Origin: Octopus vulgaris
Taxonomy: Eukaryota
Length of the DNA: 64,000 nt
Assembly (NCBI GenBank): GCA_951406725.2
Contig: OX597819.1
Coordinates: 117,552,001 to 117,616,000 of the forward strand
Reading direction: 5' to 3'
Shown here piece after piece: positions 29,740 to 43,610 of the stretch; positions within the stretch are counted from its first letter, which is position 1, and each line of letters begins with the position of its first letter. Both the position numbers and the translations under genes were made by a program. The notes beneath the pieces were generated by a model. The model was not told the DNA's origin. It was given only the letters and a program-made list of their open reading frames with translations, and ran no database searches.

Positions 29740-29928
29740 GGTTCAAATTTTGGCACAAGTCTACCAAGTTCGGGGAATGGGGCAAGAGGATTAAATCGAC
29801 CCAACTCCTCCTCTAGATATAAGCCGAAGTTGACCTTCGCGGCATTAGAAATTAGAATGTAAAGACGGATGAAGTGCCGCTAATCATTTTTCTCGGCGTG
29901 CTAATGTTTCTGCCAGCTTGCTGCCTTC
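29740..29928 (-). mobile_element. tRNA-SINE family A-related copy, decayed
   Basis: Head gcagcaagctggcagaaacattagcacgccg on minus; alternative tail ..ttgtgccaaaatttgaacc. Confidence 0.65.
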
Positions 29929-29945
29929 ATGCTTCCCATGATATT

Positions 29946-30222
29946 GTTTGCTTCTTCACGAGCCACGCCTGGTTGGTAAGGCCCGGTTTCCTTGGCGTAT
30001 AGGTTCCTCACCTTGACGGGACGCCGGTCCGTTGCAGGAGGAAAGAGTTAGAGAAACATGTGGCGAAAGAGTCAGCAGAAATTCGACATTACCTTCTGCC
30101 GGAGTCGCGTGGAGCTTAGGTGTTTCACTCATAAACACACATTTCACCCCGATCTGAGTTTCGAACTCGCGATACCTCGACCGCCAGTCCGCTGCTCTAA
30201 CCACTAAGCCATGTGCCTCCAC
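29946..30222 (-). mobile_element. tRNA-SINE family C (tail type 1) with ~12-bp TSD
   Basis: Homologous to 6785; TSD TCCCATGATATT 29934-45 / TCCCATTATATT 30223-34. Confidence 0.8.
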
Positions 30223-30511
30223 TCCCATTATATTACATTTAGTAATTCACTATAATTCTTTATGAACCTTATAGCTTATACAATGTAAACCATTTGATCA
30301 TGACTTTTCTGCAACACCCATATGTATTGTTGGTGAGGACCACCTATGGTTAACTTAACCTCAATGCTAAATTAGTAGATAATTTATGAAACTTGAGGAG
30401 TGTGTTTATGTTAAATTCAATCTCGGTGTGATCAGAACGGAGGACGTAGTGAACCACAACTAAATGTACTTTATTTGACGATTTTCCATTCTGCCATACA
30501 AACTTTGTATT

Positions 30512-31346
30512 TATTTCTGTATTTCCCACAGGGGTCTAAGCATAGCGGTGACGAAGAAGGACAACGGGATTAAGTCGATTACATCGACCCCACTGCGTAA
30601 CTGGTACTTAATTTATCGACCCCGAAAGGATGAAAGTCAAAGTCCACCTCGGCGGAATTTGAACTCAGAGCGTAGCGGCAAACGAAATACCTATTTCTTT
30701 GCTACGCACAAGGGTTTAAATACAGAGAGGACAAACAAGAACAGACAAATGGATTAAGTCAATTATATTGACTCCGGTGCGTAACTGGTACTTAATTTTT
30801 CGACCTCGAAAGGATGAAAGGCAAAGTCGATCTCGGCATAATTTGATCTCAGAACGTAGCGGCAGACGAAATACTGTCACGCATTTCGCCCGGCGTGCTA
30901 ACGGTTCTGTCAGCTCGCCACCCTATAATATCCTTGTATTTATTATCCACAGGGCCCTAAATATAGAGGGTACAGACAAAAAGACACAAAGGTATTAAGT
31001 CGATGACATCGACGTCAGTGCGTAACTGATACTTATTTAATCGTCCCCGAAAAGATGAAAGGCAAATCCAACCTCGGTGGAATTTGAACTCAGGACGTAA
31101 CGGCAGAAGAATTGTTCCTTTTCTTACTACCCACAAGGGGCTAAATTCAGAGAGGACAAACAAGGACAGACATACTGATTAAGTTGATTATATCGACTCC
31201 AGTGCGTAACAGGTACTTATTTAATCGACCCCGAAAGGATGAAAGGCAAAGTCGACCTCGGCGAAATTTGAACTCAGAACGTAACCGCAGAAGAAATACT
31301 GCTAAACATTTCGCCCGACGTGCTATCAATTTTGCAAACACGCCGC
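30512..31346 (-). mobile_element. Cluster of four family A SINE units (two dimers)
   Basis: Headless 30512-30690, full 30692-30921, headless 30941-31110, full 31115-31346. Confidence 0.85.
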
Positions 31347-32615
31347 TCTATGCAAACCTTGTATTATGAATGCGATATACAGTAATAATATATTGGGTTT
31401 ATTCCAATTTTTATCTGTATGTTCCAGATGTCTGTAATGAGAACCTTATTCAACAAGAAATAAACATGTTTTGATCTAAAAATAGCAAGTGCGAAGCTCT
31501 AATTCTACTGTAACAACACTTGTTACGGAATTTCCTCCTCTTCACCTTAATGCAAACATGATTGACAACTTTTTAATGAATGCTTCTTGTCAGGTTTAGA
31601 ATTAGTAATATTATTAGTTTCTGGAGAGATAACAAGAAATTAATTTGCACGTATTTAATTGACAACAAGATTATTACACCACATTTTATCACACATCTTT
31701 TCAAAACATTTAACCCACTAAACATCTGGTAAGCATTACACGCCCTTGCTTCATTTTCGTAATGAATTGTCTCTATCTCTCTCTATAGAGTTGACACCAG
31801 TTTGTGCTCTTCAATTCAACACATCCTCTGATCCCAATGATTATAGCACAACATAAATAACTTTAAACAAAAGTAACCAATATAGAGCTTAATCATGGCT
31901 GATTTGTAAAAACCCTCAAACAATGCATCAAACATTTTTCAACATTTATTTCTCAGATCTTCCAGTATCAGAAGATTCTCTCCACTGACTTTTATTTTTG
32001 ATCATACAAATAAATAAATGAATGAATAGTTAAATAAATTCTTATCCCATTCGTGGACATTGTTAGTAGTGTAGAAGCTGAAATAGTATTGGCCCCACTA
32101 CATGAAAAGCGAATTACAGAATAACAAATCTACCAGGGTCGATGTTAACTTTTATCATTTCAGAATAGATGAAATAATTATCCAGTATTTACTAGGGGGA
32201 ATTATATATATTAGGGTCGATTAATTTGTGGCAATGTGCCAATGTAAGAAATCAATAACATAGAGACTAATGATATATTTTGGAATCTTTACATAATTTG
32301 TTGCATTCATAATATTCTTAATTATCGATGCTCACAGTGCAGACATTAGTGAAAGACTATTAAGTGCGCTCCGTACTAATTAAAACTTATACACTTAAAC
32401 GTCTGGTATATTGATTGTTTCAGAATACATATTTGTGTCAAGAGACATTAAGTTACATGTATGCATATGAGTGTGAGCGCATGCATATGAATATATATAT
32501 ATACATATATATATATGTAGAGTAACATAAAAGTCTGCACGTACGCGTATATATATAAACGTGTGTGTGGAAGTCTGAATATATGTGTAGATACGTATGT
32601 GTACGCACAACAATT

Positions 32616-32660
<45 letters not shown>

Positions 32661-33704
32661 CGTGTGTGTGTGTGTGTATGTCGCAAGTTGTGTAAGATTT
32701 TCATTTCTCTGAATCACTCACATCACCATAAACTCCAGATTAAAATTTCTTATCAGAGTTCTTAATAGATCTGCTTTAGGAAAAAATTACTGCATAAGAA
32801 ACTTTAACATCGAATACCACCCATTTTAAATTTATTCTAACAGTGTGCGAATATTGTGCGACGTCTTTCTCTGCAGCATGTTTTCAATACAAGTTATGCA
32901 CGCAAACACATACAGTTATGCTTGCCAGAATTTACACTCTTATTACACATTGTCAAGCACTCACATTCATGTAGAAAGACACATAATAACTCAATCAATA
33001 AATCAGAAATTAAACTATAATACTTTTTATGCTCAAATATATACTATTTCTGAAGAATTATTTCTGTTAGTTATTGCAAAGCAACGTTTAAAAAACGCCA
33101 AGAGTAGCAACTAATAAACATCACAGGACTTTTTATACACGATAAAAAAACCCCCATCAAAACTGTGGGAGTGGCCGTTTAATGATGAATTTCAATGTAA
33201 ACGTGGATTCACAAAACAGAAGCAATTGCTGATATTCTCAAAGTGGGATGAATAATTCAGAAATTCCGGTAAGTAAATGAGTGTGTCAACTATACTAAGA
33301 ATTGCTCTATACTCTGGAAACTGTGAAAAGAGGTTCTGAAATCTAGAACCTTGTAATACTTTTACCTCTCTACACGTTTTAAAACAGTTGCATTTCACAT
33401 TTTTATTTCCAGCGTCTAAACTGTTTACTGTATTAGCTTTATATATTCAGCAACTAATGTTTCTGACAAGAAGACGATAATTGTCTGGTGAGTAATAGAG
33501 TAAGGTATTTCGTTGTGTTGTGGAATTTCTTTCTTTAGATCTCACGTGTTTTCTTTATTCATCTTTTTCACAGATTTTTATTGTTCATATTCCTTGAGCA
33601 TGAGCGAAAGCCTTTTTGCTTGAGTTGATTATTTGTTGTACATGAACAAAAGGACGGAAGAAGAGGAAAAGCAGGAATAAATGAATAAAGGAAATAATCG
33701 TTTT

Positions 33705-33905
33705 AAATGTTGGCAAAAGGTCCGCAATTTTAGGGGAGAGAACTTATGGTATAGGGTATCGATCTCAGGATTAGACAAGGTAGATTATTTCATCGAGCTT
33801 GAAAATGTGCAGACAGAACTGATTTAGACGTGATTTGAAATCAAACCTAAAAGAGCCAGGAGAAAAGCTGCAAAGTCTTTGAACTACGCGCTAAAGGTTC
33901 TAATA
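33705..33905 (-). mobile_element. Very old family A-related SINE
   Basis: ttggcaaaaggtccgcaattttaggggag..tattttcatcga..atttgaa..gcgctaa resembles the alternative-tail copies. Confidence 0.4.
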
Positions 33906-35147
33906 GCATCCGTGTGAAAAGACTGGAACAAAGTGCAAATGCAAATGACAATAAATGTGAAAATGCAAATGACCGATTCATATGAACAGAAATAAATGAG
34001 AGAAAGAATTTTGGTAGGAAAAAGCTCAGTTAAAACGTAGTTGAGACAATTGTTGACTTCGGAAAAAGGGAACCGGGTGTAAATAAGAAATGGAGATGAT
34101 CTACGAGCCAAGAACTTAGGAAAAATTAATCACAATGAAAATGGTTTTTGCTATATCCTGGACTAATATAACAATCTATGAATAAAAAATGTCAGGATAT
34201 CATTTTGAGTGGAAGGTTTTTTTCAGAATTATACGTTTTGCTACGAGTAGAAGGTAACACGACTCATATATAGTGTAAAACATAACACCACATATTTGCA
34301 CATATCAGATATATAAGCAGATGCCGTTAACATGTGCACTTGCATACATTTACATAAATTCGAAGAAATGCATCCTAAATTATCACGCTTTTCATCTATC
34401 CAACACTGCCTACAAGTGTGTGCATGCGTGTGTATGTGTGTGTTTGTGTGTATTAAGAAGTTTCAGAAGCTTCCGATGAGTAATTTTCTATAAGAAAAAA
34501 AGGAAGAAAATACTTTCAGAGCATTGTCATGGATATAAGAATGAAAACGTCTTATCTTTCCATCAATGTAAGCCAACGGTTTCAGTAGATTTCATTAACG
34601 CCATGATGTAAGAGTAGGGAAAGTCAATTGAAATAAATTAAATATTTCGTGATATCACTTTGGGACCTTCACATGCATTTCGTATGAAATTCACATACTG
34701 ATGGTTGATATTCTCTCTTTGATGGCCTCCTGGTGATAACAGAAGTTGAAAGGTTTTAGTAGTGTTAGTCGTCTTTCCTTCCTTACGGATTTTTGTATGC
34801 ATATTTGGGCTTCATATCTAGAAATCTATCCACACACACACACACACACTCACACACACACACACACTCACACACACACACACAAACACTCAAACACACC
34901 TATCCGTCTATCTCTCTGTCTGTCTATTTGTCTGCCTCTCTATATATATGTCTGTATGTATGTATGTATGTATGTATGTATATATATGTATAAATATAGT
35001 ATATATATTATATATATATATACGTATATATATCCGTATATATGTATATAGATATGTATACATACATATACACATATGTGTATATATATACGTATATATA
35101 CATGTATGTATATGCATATATATGCATACGCAAATATATATATATAA

Positions 35148-35215
<68 letters not shown>

Positions 35216-37300
35216 ATATATGTATTTTTGTTTGTGAAAGAAAGAGAGAGACACAGAGAAAGCGAGAATAAAAAGAATATTGGTCGTACACTTCATGAAT
35301 ATTTTGAATATCTTTCTAAAGTGGTAGGAGCGTGTTGAAATTTTTTTTAGCTGCTTTAACGTCAGAAATCTGATGCGGACGTTTACAAGTCGTTGGGGCC
35401 TGACATTTACAAAGTTTGCTTCCTACTGCATCTCAGAAATGAAATATTTCGAATTTCTACACTCATTATTTATTGAGAACTAGTGAGAGGTGTAAACCGG
35501 CAACGTTCTGAGTAAAAGAAGAACAAAAACTGGCTGTGAGTGAAGTTCCTATTGCAGCGTTCTACTCCTGACAAAAATCAATACATATTGTTAAATCCTT
35601 GAGCACGAGCTCAAATAGTGTTCAAGCATTTAAGAGAATTTGAACAACTCTTGTAGAGAATAAAACAGTTGCACCTATCTAATGAGTGTAGCATGAAGTT
35701 ACCTCACTGTCGGAAACGGTAAGCCAGTGCCTTTTATCTTTTCTATAGGTTACAAGTTCATTATTGTGTGTTCAATAAGAATGAAGATCAGCATTTTCCT
35801 TACAAAAGGTATCATGGATTTTTCAAAAGACTCTGTATTGATGGTGATGTACATATCCCGAGTGAATGATATTTTCTTTTCTTCTTTTGCCTTTGGATTA
35901 TTCAATAGCAGTTCGAAGTCCAAATTTTGGTAATTCAGCTAATTATACTCAAGAATGAATAGTGATCTTTGATTAACACTTGGAGACTATCTCTTCCATT
36001 AGTGACATTTTATTCTATTTTTATAATACTGTTTTTATCTTCCCTTTTCACACTATTCAACGTGTCCAGCATCGACGATGTATCCGTCTATTTCCCGTCG
36101 TCAGACGTTATTTTTGCAGACCAGAGGCTATAATAGAAAATACAAAACAATAACGTAATAATTCAGTTAACAATAAAATAGCGCACAAGAGAAATATTAG
36201 GGACGATAAAATTAGTACACCTCTCCTAAAATTCTGAACTGCCAACATCATCAACTTGAGCACCATCATAATTGTCGTGAACATCATCGCATTTCCTGTT
36301 TATAAGATTATTGTTGTTATATATTTTTACTGTCTTCTTTTCGAACTAATTTCATTAATGTCACTCCACCAATTAAAAGCGAATTGTTGACTTACATATT
36401 TAGTTATATGCTGTTTCTGTTGGTTCTTCGAAAACAGCATGTATATATAGAAGATGCCATTATTTTTTCCGGTTCCGGAATTTCAGCGACTTAGGAAGTT
36501 ATTTTCGACACAAATTATAATTATTATATAAGCAGCATTACAAATGGGATCGTGTGAAGTATAAAAGAGTTTTACGGAATATCACAGTGGCAGTGAAACC
36601 CCATGACACGCAATGTAACAGTATAAATCACAAACGACTGCCAAAAAAATGAAAACAACACCAACATTAAAAAAAGATTAACCAAACACTGACAAATCAG
36701 AATATGAGAAATTCGCAGCAAGAAAAAATATAGAAGCAGATTTAAAAAAAAATACAAAGAGAAAAAAATGTATATATACAGAAAGAAAAAAATTGATTCC
36801 ATCGCTTTCATAATATTAATGAAAACCAACTTTTATGCATTTACCCAGTAACTACAACTCGTAGAAGTGACTCTCTGTGTTAATCGGAAGCGGAATATTT
36901 CAAAATGGTCTTGATCTTGAGATATACTGATGACATTCCACGATGCAAATAGCAGTTATATTGTTTTGACATAAACTGTAACAAAGGTGGAACTTCAAAC
37001 CAGTCGCCAATTGGTCAATATCGACGGTACGGAAATATTTCTTAGAGATAATGAGTGCTGGAATCCCATATAAAACGGATACGAAAATACGAAAGCGTTG
37101 TTTAAAGTCCTTGCAATCGTCTTATGATAAATCAAACAAATAGACGCCTTGAAAGTCTTCTACAATTTCATGTGCCTACACGCATATTTATTAAGTTTCT
37201 ATTGTTCAAAAGAAAAGTCTATTAGACATATATACAGAGAGCTGCTTACCTGAATGCTACATTCCAGGTGTATTAGCTTATCTACATGGTAACTTATTTA

Positions 37301-39200
37301 AATGCTAGATAAAGTTATTGATCTGCTAGGTTAAAGATGTTTCTGTTAAAAGGAAGCTACTAGAGCAGAGGTATGATGTTGCAACAGAATATATTTAGAT
37401 AACAATAGATATAATGTTTGAACAAGTCAACAATTAAGAAGATACAATATGGAATGACGTGACTCGGGCATCTTAGCAGCGAATATCACAATCAAGAATG
37501 AGGGATATCTAATAGATGAGCTCTGGATGCAAACCCAACGTGCTTTGGCAAACCTTCAATATGATTATAAATATGTTTCGTGGCCATGTAGCATGCACTA
37601 TTTAAATTCTGATACAAGTGTATGGTTTAGAGGAACAGATAACGTTATTATGTTGAGAATGTGATACATTAGAGATCATAGATTTTGGGCCTTGCTCGAC
37701 AACCTTGCTACGATTGATGACTTGCAGTAAAAAAAGAAAAGGAACATTAAGGATAGTGGAGACATATCGTTCATCAATAGGGTTATCTTCCAAAGGGGTA
37801 TGGCATTTTAAATAAATCTGTCTACATTTTATGTTAACACCGTTACACCTATTTCTTCCATTCATCCTCTATTACGTTTGCGGCGCTCCTCGACAATACA
37901 CGTATTATTTGCACGTCTATTATTATTCATAGTAGTTTCCGAAAATCAAAACTTAATATAAATATGTATTTATACGAAACTGAATTTTTTCTTACTAATA
38001 TCATCGAGATCGTCTTTCATTCACAATTGCTAGCCACGAGTCAAAATTTGAATGCATTCTTATAATAAAAGGACGGGTGATTGTTTGGTAAAATGTTTAA
38101 GGATTCATACTAAATGCCATTTCACATTCATGTAAATTTTACTGGCTTTCTACGTTTGTAGATCAAATACCTCGGAGTTAAACATATCACACAATACCAG
38201 CGGGAAAATCTGCTGGAAGTAATCGACTAAGCATTTCCGTCAAAATATTTAGATTTGTGCTTAATTATTCAAAGTGGAGTCTCGAAGAATTTGCAGCATA
38301 GTAGACACTATTCTTCATAGCATTTAATATGTTACTTCAGTTTACGTTTAGAAGTTAACAGCCTTGGCTTCCATCCAATAGAGTATTATATTTCATTATC
38401 CAAGTGACTGTAAAATAATTAACTAAAACTTGATACTAATCAATGTAGCCAAGTATAACATTGCTCACGAGTTACCGCAGGTCTTTGACCTTAGTTTAAA
38501 TATTATGTTTAAAATAAACTACAACAACTCTCTGTTGACTTCAATATTCCGATATGATTGGAAATATATTCACACCAATCAAAGAAGTGTGTTTCATCCT
38601 ACTAAATATAAATTAAAGTGAATTGAAATATATTTGTGTGTTGATATTGTAGGAAACATAATTTGAGAGGGAAGAAAATAATGAAATGTCACAAAATTTG
38701 CACTCTAAATTATTCTATTTCAAAGAGAAAAATTACATATATATAGAAATCAATTACTTTCGTTTTTTTAATATTTTTGAACTATGTTATTTAATACATA
38801 TTCATTTGATATCTAGATAAATATGGATATGTCTGCATGTAACAGTGAAATTAAAAGAATGAAGTCAAGACAACACGCATATTTATATACATAGATCTAT
38901 CGGAATAAAATGGTAAACCAGGAAATAACATGCAATTTAACTAATTTCCAATGATACTACCAATATAAGAATACAATAGAAATATTGAGTGAAGTACGTT
39001 GGAACACACTCGATAGCAATTAAGGGAGAGCAAAATAATTACAATGCAAGCTAAAGTTATTGATCTGCAAGGTTAAATATGTTTCTGTTGAGAGGGAAGT
39101 ACTAGAGCAGAGGTATGATGTTGCAACAGAATATATTTAGATAACAATAGATATAATGTTTGAACATGACAACAATTAAGAAGGCACAATAAGGAATGTC
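37301..39200. repeat. ~155-bp direct repeat pair 1742 bp apart (37301-37458 and 39043-39200)
   Basis: Both copies share tactagagcagaggtatgatgttgcaacagaatatatttagataacaatagatataatgtttgaaca exactly. Confidence 0.85.
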
Positions 39201-41168
39201 TTAGTTGTAAGACAATTGTAGTGACAGTCTATGTCGAATTTCAATCACACTTTCATGAAACTAAACAATGTATACTCTCTAAAATGTGTTGGTAAATATT
39301 GCAATGATTTTTTATCAGGGCATATACTGACGTCTGTAAAGGTTTTCTTTTATTTTTGTTATATATTTCAACTTAATCTCATTTGAGAATGTGCCTGACA
39401 CCTGAGAATGTGGTGACAGTGAAAATATGGTAGCTGGTGAATGTGTTTTTCTGTAGCTAATATTTTATCATTTTTTTAGTTACAAATATATTTTCGGCCA
39501 GGCCACGCCATGCATTTTCTACTGAAGAGTTTGGAAAGAATGGTGAATGTGTGATAGCGTTGTATAATATGTTACGTATTCATTTAGTGCTAAATCGAAA
39601 TGGTGATGCTCCAGACATCTCTATCAATATCTATATTGCTAGTCTCTGAAGATTTCCTGAGTAGAGGTTCGGAGTTAAAAAAGAAGCTGCCTGGAAGTGT
39701 AGGAATGTTCCAGCGCCAGAAAATGTTCGAGCTCTAGAAATCGAGTACCACAATGTATGGCAATTACAGGCCAGCGTCCAGAGAATTTTCATTTTAAGAA
39801 CCAAATATAACACGTTGCACTGAAGTTAAAGCTGTTAAAATAGATTTCCATTGTTCCCCTGTAGAAATTGAAAGACATTGGTACTGCAGCTCGAATCATC
39901 AATATACAAAATGATTCGGAGCAATTTGCTGATATATACGTCACGTCTAAACCTTACGCTGTTTAGAATGTTGTCCTGGATCGAACCATAGAATTTTGGA
40001 ATGGTTATTCTATATCAACCCGGTTCTATCTACTCCTGGTCATATTCTACAACTGAATTTAGGCTGTTTAATCTTTTAGCCAGCATCAATAATTACAAAG
40101 GGAAAATAGAGATGGTTTATTTTTGAAGCAGACCGTATTAATAGATGACATGGAATAATTTGGATGAATAGCACAATTTTTAAAGGCATTGCCGAAATAT
40201 ATATAACCACAATATCATGAGATTATTTTCAATGATAGCGATTTCACATGCGTTTGCTATCCGTTTTGTCAATAGCACATCAATATCAATAACTCTCTTT
40301 GACTTCAAAATATCAATACCGACGAGGCGTTTCATGACGTTTTGTTACACATTTTACAATGTTGTACTGATGTGAAAGTCAATAATCAACTAGCAATTGG
40401 TTGCTGATAGTGACACTTATAATCTCATACAGCCGAATGTTTCCGCCTCATCGCGTATCTTCATGAAGTTTACTGATCTATTTAGATATATTATCCGCGC
40501 ATAAACAGAAAGTGATTTTTTTTGTGAGAAACGTGTGACCAAAATAAAATCGATAAATGCTCGAAGCGTTCAAAAACCATTTTGTCTAGATCTTCAAAGT
40601 TTAGAGATTCGACGTAGTAGTCAGGCATATATTTATGAATGATATGTGTATTAGCATAAACAGATCTCGTAAGAGACATCGTGTTAGCGATATGAAAATA
40701 CGAACACAAACTTTACATTTACTTATATGTATGTCTTAATGGTATTATCTCCTACAAAATTGTCAAAAACTTTTCTCGCATTTCTGTAACATGGTTATTG
40801 CATCTCCTCAATGTTCATCATTGGCTAGATTTAACTAGTCTTGGGTGTTCAGGCATATTTTTTATCATTTGTTTGTATTCATGTATTTGTTTCCCTAATT
40901 ATGTTATATTCATGTTGGGAATGGCTAATATATTTATTCGACAAAAACGACTTCTTTAATATTTTCTTTTTCTCATGTTCAGTTGTGCTTTGCTTGCGGG
41001 TGGAATAACTCTGCTTAAACAATCAGGTTGCGAGACCAATGGTGCTCTTACATTGAAATGCCTTTATTTATTATTCCTTCCCTACGAATCAATATTCCAA
41101 CTGCCAATATGTATTTATTTCATCATTATTATTATTATTATTATTAATAATAATAATAATAATAATAA

Positions 41169-41690
41169 GATGGTATAAGCACACACCAGAAAAGGTCACA
41201 GAAAACGAGAAAGCAACCATACTCTGGGATATGCCGATACACACAGACAGAGAAATTAAGGCCAACAGACCAGATATAGTTGTCAGAGACCATGAAGAAA
41301 AAAAATGCTTTCTAATTGATGTATCAGTACCGGCAGATGACAACGTGTCTCTAAAAGAAATGGAGAAACTCTCAAAATACAAAGACCTGGAAATAGAGGT
41401 AACTAGAATGTGGAATCTGAAAACAGAAACAATTCCTATCATAGTAGGTGCATTAGGCATGATAAAAAAATATTCAGACAAATACATAACAAAAACACCA
41501 GGACTTACAAACACATATAACATACAGAAAATTGCACTACTAGGCACTGCACACATCCTACGCAGAACACTTTCCATACAATAACCATCAGAGCATCACA
41601 ACAAATCACAGCACATACCCAAGGCACACAGAGCTGCGCTCGGTAGTGAAGTGAAAGCACGCTATAAAAATAAAAATAAAACTACTGAAT
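41169..41690 (+). mobile_element. R4/Dong-type LINE 3' end: restriction-like endonuclease domain and 3' UTR, in (AAT)n
   Basis: ILWDMPIHTDREIKANRPDIV..IDVSVP..KLSKYKDL..IIVGALG..RRTLSIQ*, a PD-(D/E)xK REL domain, open to the stop at 41584; flanked by AAT repeats. Confidence 0.88.
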
Positions 41691-41699
41691 AATAATAAT

Positions 41700-41897
41700 A
41701 AAAGCAGAAGACTTCGATTTTGTAGGGAGGCGGGCAGTAAATGACATCGACCCTAGTACTCAACTGCTACTTATTTTATTGAAATGATGATAGGGAAAGT
41801 CGAACTCGGGGGATTTTTGAACTACGAATGTGAAGACAGATTAAATACCGTTGAACATTACGTCCGGTGCGCTAACGATTCTGCCAGCTCGCTGTCT
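41700..41897 (-). mobile_element. Family A-related SINE, decayed
   Basis: atcgaccctagtactcaactgctacttatttt..aaagtcgaactcgg..gctaacgattctgccagctcg. Confidence 0.7.
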
Positions 41898-42579
41898 TAT
41901 TCGCTGCCTCAAGAATAGAGCTCTGGTCTAAATAGCACCATGGACGTAAACTAGGAAACTGCATCCACAAAATGAATTTAATGCAACAACAATAGTGAAA
42001 TTGAAGGGAAACTTCGCAATATATCTGCGAAAGAAATCTTTTAAAGCAATGTAACTAAAAAATTCGAAAGATTATCGTTAATTCTTTTTTTCTTTTATGC
42101 GCGGTTTCTCAATGTTACATGTGCAAAAGTTCGAAACCAACATCAGCCAAAAACAAACCAAATACACATTAATACAAATTAATCGATTACGAATACACTT
42201 AACTGTTTATGCATACATGCACACAGTTTAATATTTATAAACATCATGCACAACGCTCACACGACACAAGCACACATGTACACACAAGGAAAAAATGTCA
42301 CGGGTGAAGCTATAAAAACAAAAACTATGTAATTCTCCACGAACGAACACAAAAGAGTAGCAAATCAGTCACATCACTAGACAAATTCACTCTAAACTGT
42401 GTCTTGCGAAAAACAAAGATAAGATTAATTTCTATCTATACTCCTTATGCGCTTACGGTATGAAAAATATATCCACATAAAGAGCTCGGAAGCGTTGTCA
42501 TATCAAACCGCCCAGGTGTTGATAGCTTCAATATTATAAAAACTGTGCAAAAATTGGGGCGCAGCGAAAGGCAAGACGT

Positions 42580-42960
42580 GCTATGAGCATACACCGCATA
42601 GTGAAGCGGATTCGGAGACTAGCAAAATCCTCTGGGACTTCAGAATGCAAACAAATTAGGTGCTAGAGCATAACAGACCAGACTTGGTGGTGGTGGACAA
42701 GGCGCACAATATATGCTGTAGTGTTGATTCTGAATGCTCCTTTCACCTACGAATAATCAAGTAGGAAGTCAAGAGGCTAGATAAATACAACCCTCTTAAG
42801 TACGAAATAGTCGGGATATGGAAAATGATGACGGTGAAGAAAGAGGCGCGAAATGGGTATGGCACATCGTTAGCGAATACCTGAATTTGGCACAACGTTA
42901 TCACAAAATACGATATGGTAACGTGGCAAGAACGGATCCGTTGGAGCTCTGTAAAAATCA
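42580..42960 (+). mobile_element. Old R4/Dong-type REL-domain remnant
   Basis: YEHTP..SKILWDFRMQTN*VLEHNRPDLVVVDK. Confidence 0.65.
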
Positions 42961-43219
42961 CGGCCTATAAAGAGCAAATATGTGGTATGGGAAGATACCA
43001 GGAGTCACTGAGTATGACAACGTGTGTCAGGGGGAGGGGGCGATAAAATATGCTAATCAATTAGGAGGCTTAATATCATAGACTAATATCATCTCCGTTA
43101 TATTAGTTTTGCCCCAAAATTTAAAACAGATATTATAATGCAAATTACGAGAAGAGTAGAATGATGGAATCACTGGATATTTGGGCAATTCGCCTTACAC
43201 AATTTGGTTAAAATTATTA

Positions 43220-43610
43220 CTGGCTCTGTGGTAAGTAGGTGCAGGAGTAGCTGTCTGTAAAGTATCTTGGCCCCGGGTTCAGTCTCATTGCATGGCATCT
43301 TGGGCAAGTGTCTTCTACTATAGCCTCGGGCCGACCAAAGCCTTGTGAATGGATTCGGTAGACGGAAACTGAAATAAGCCCGTCGTATATATCTATATGT
43401 TTGTTTGTCTGTGTTTGTCCCCGCAACATCGCTTGACAACCGATGCTGGTGTGTTTACATCCCCGTCACTTAGCGGTTCGGCAAGATAGACCGATAGAAT
43501 AAGTACTAGGCTTACAAAGGATAAATCCTGGGGGCGATTTGCTCGACTAAATGCGGTGCTCCTTCATGGCCGCACTCATATGACTGAAACAAATAAAAGA
43601 ATAAAGAATA
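43220..43610 (+). mobile_element. tRNA-SINE family B
   Basis: Same body and tail; rearranged head. Confidence 0.85.

Noticed and set aside
30512-31346. Regularly spaced repeats superficially like a CRISPR array
   Set aside because: The units are ~200-bp SINE copies without unique spacers, the context is eukaryotic, and there are no cas genes.
39600-40700. Possible decayed LINE ORF1 or hAT C-terminal fragments
   Set aside because: Only vague similarity, with no diagnostic motif.
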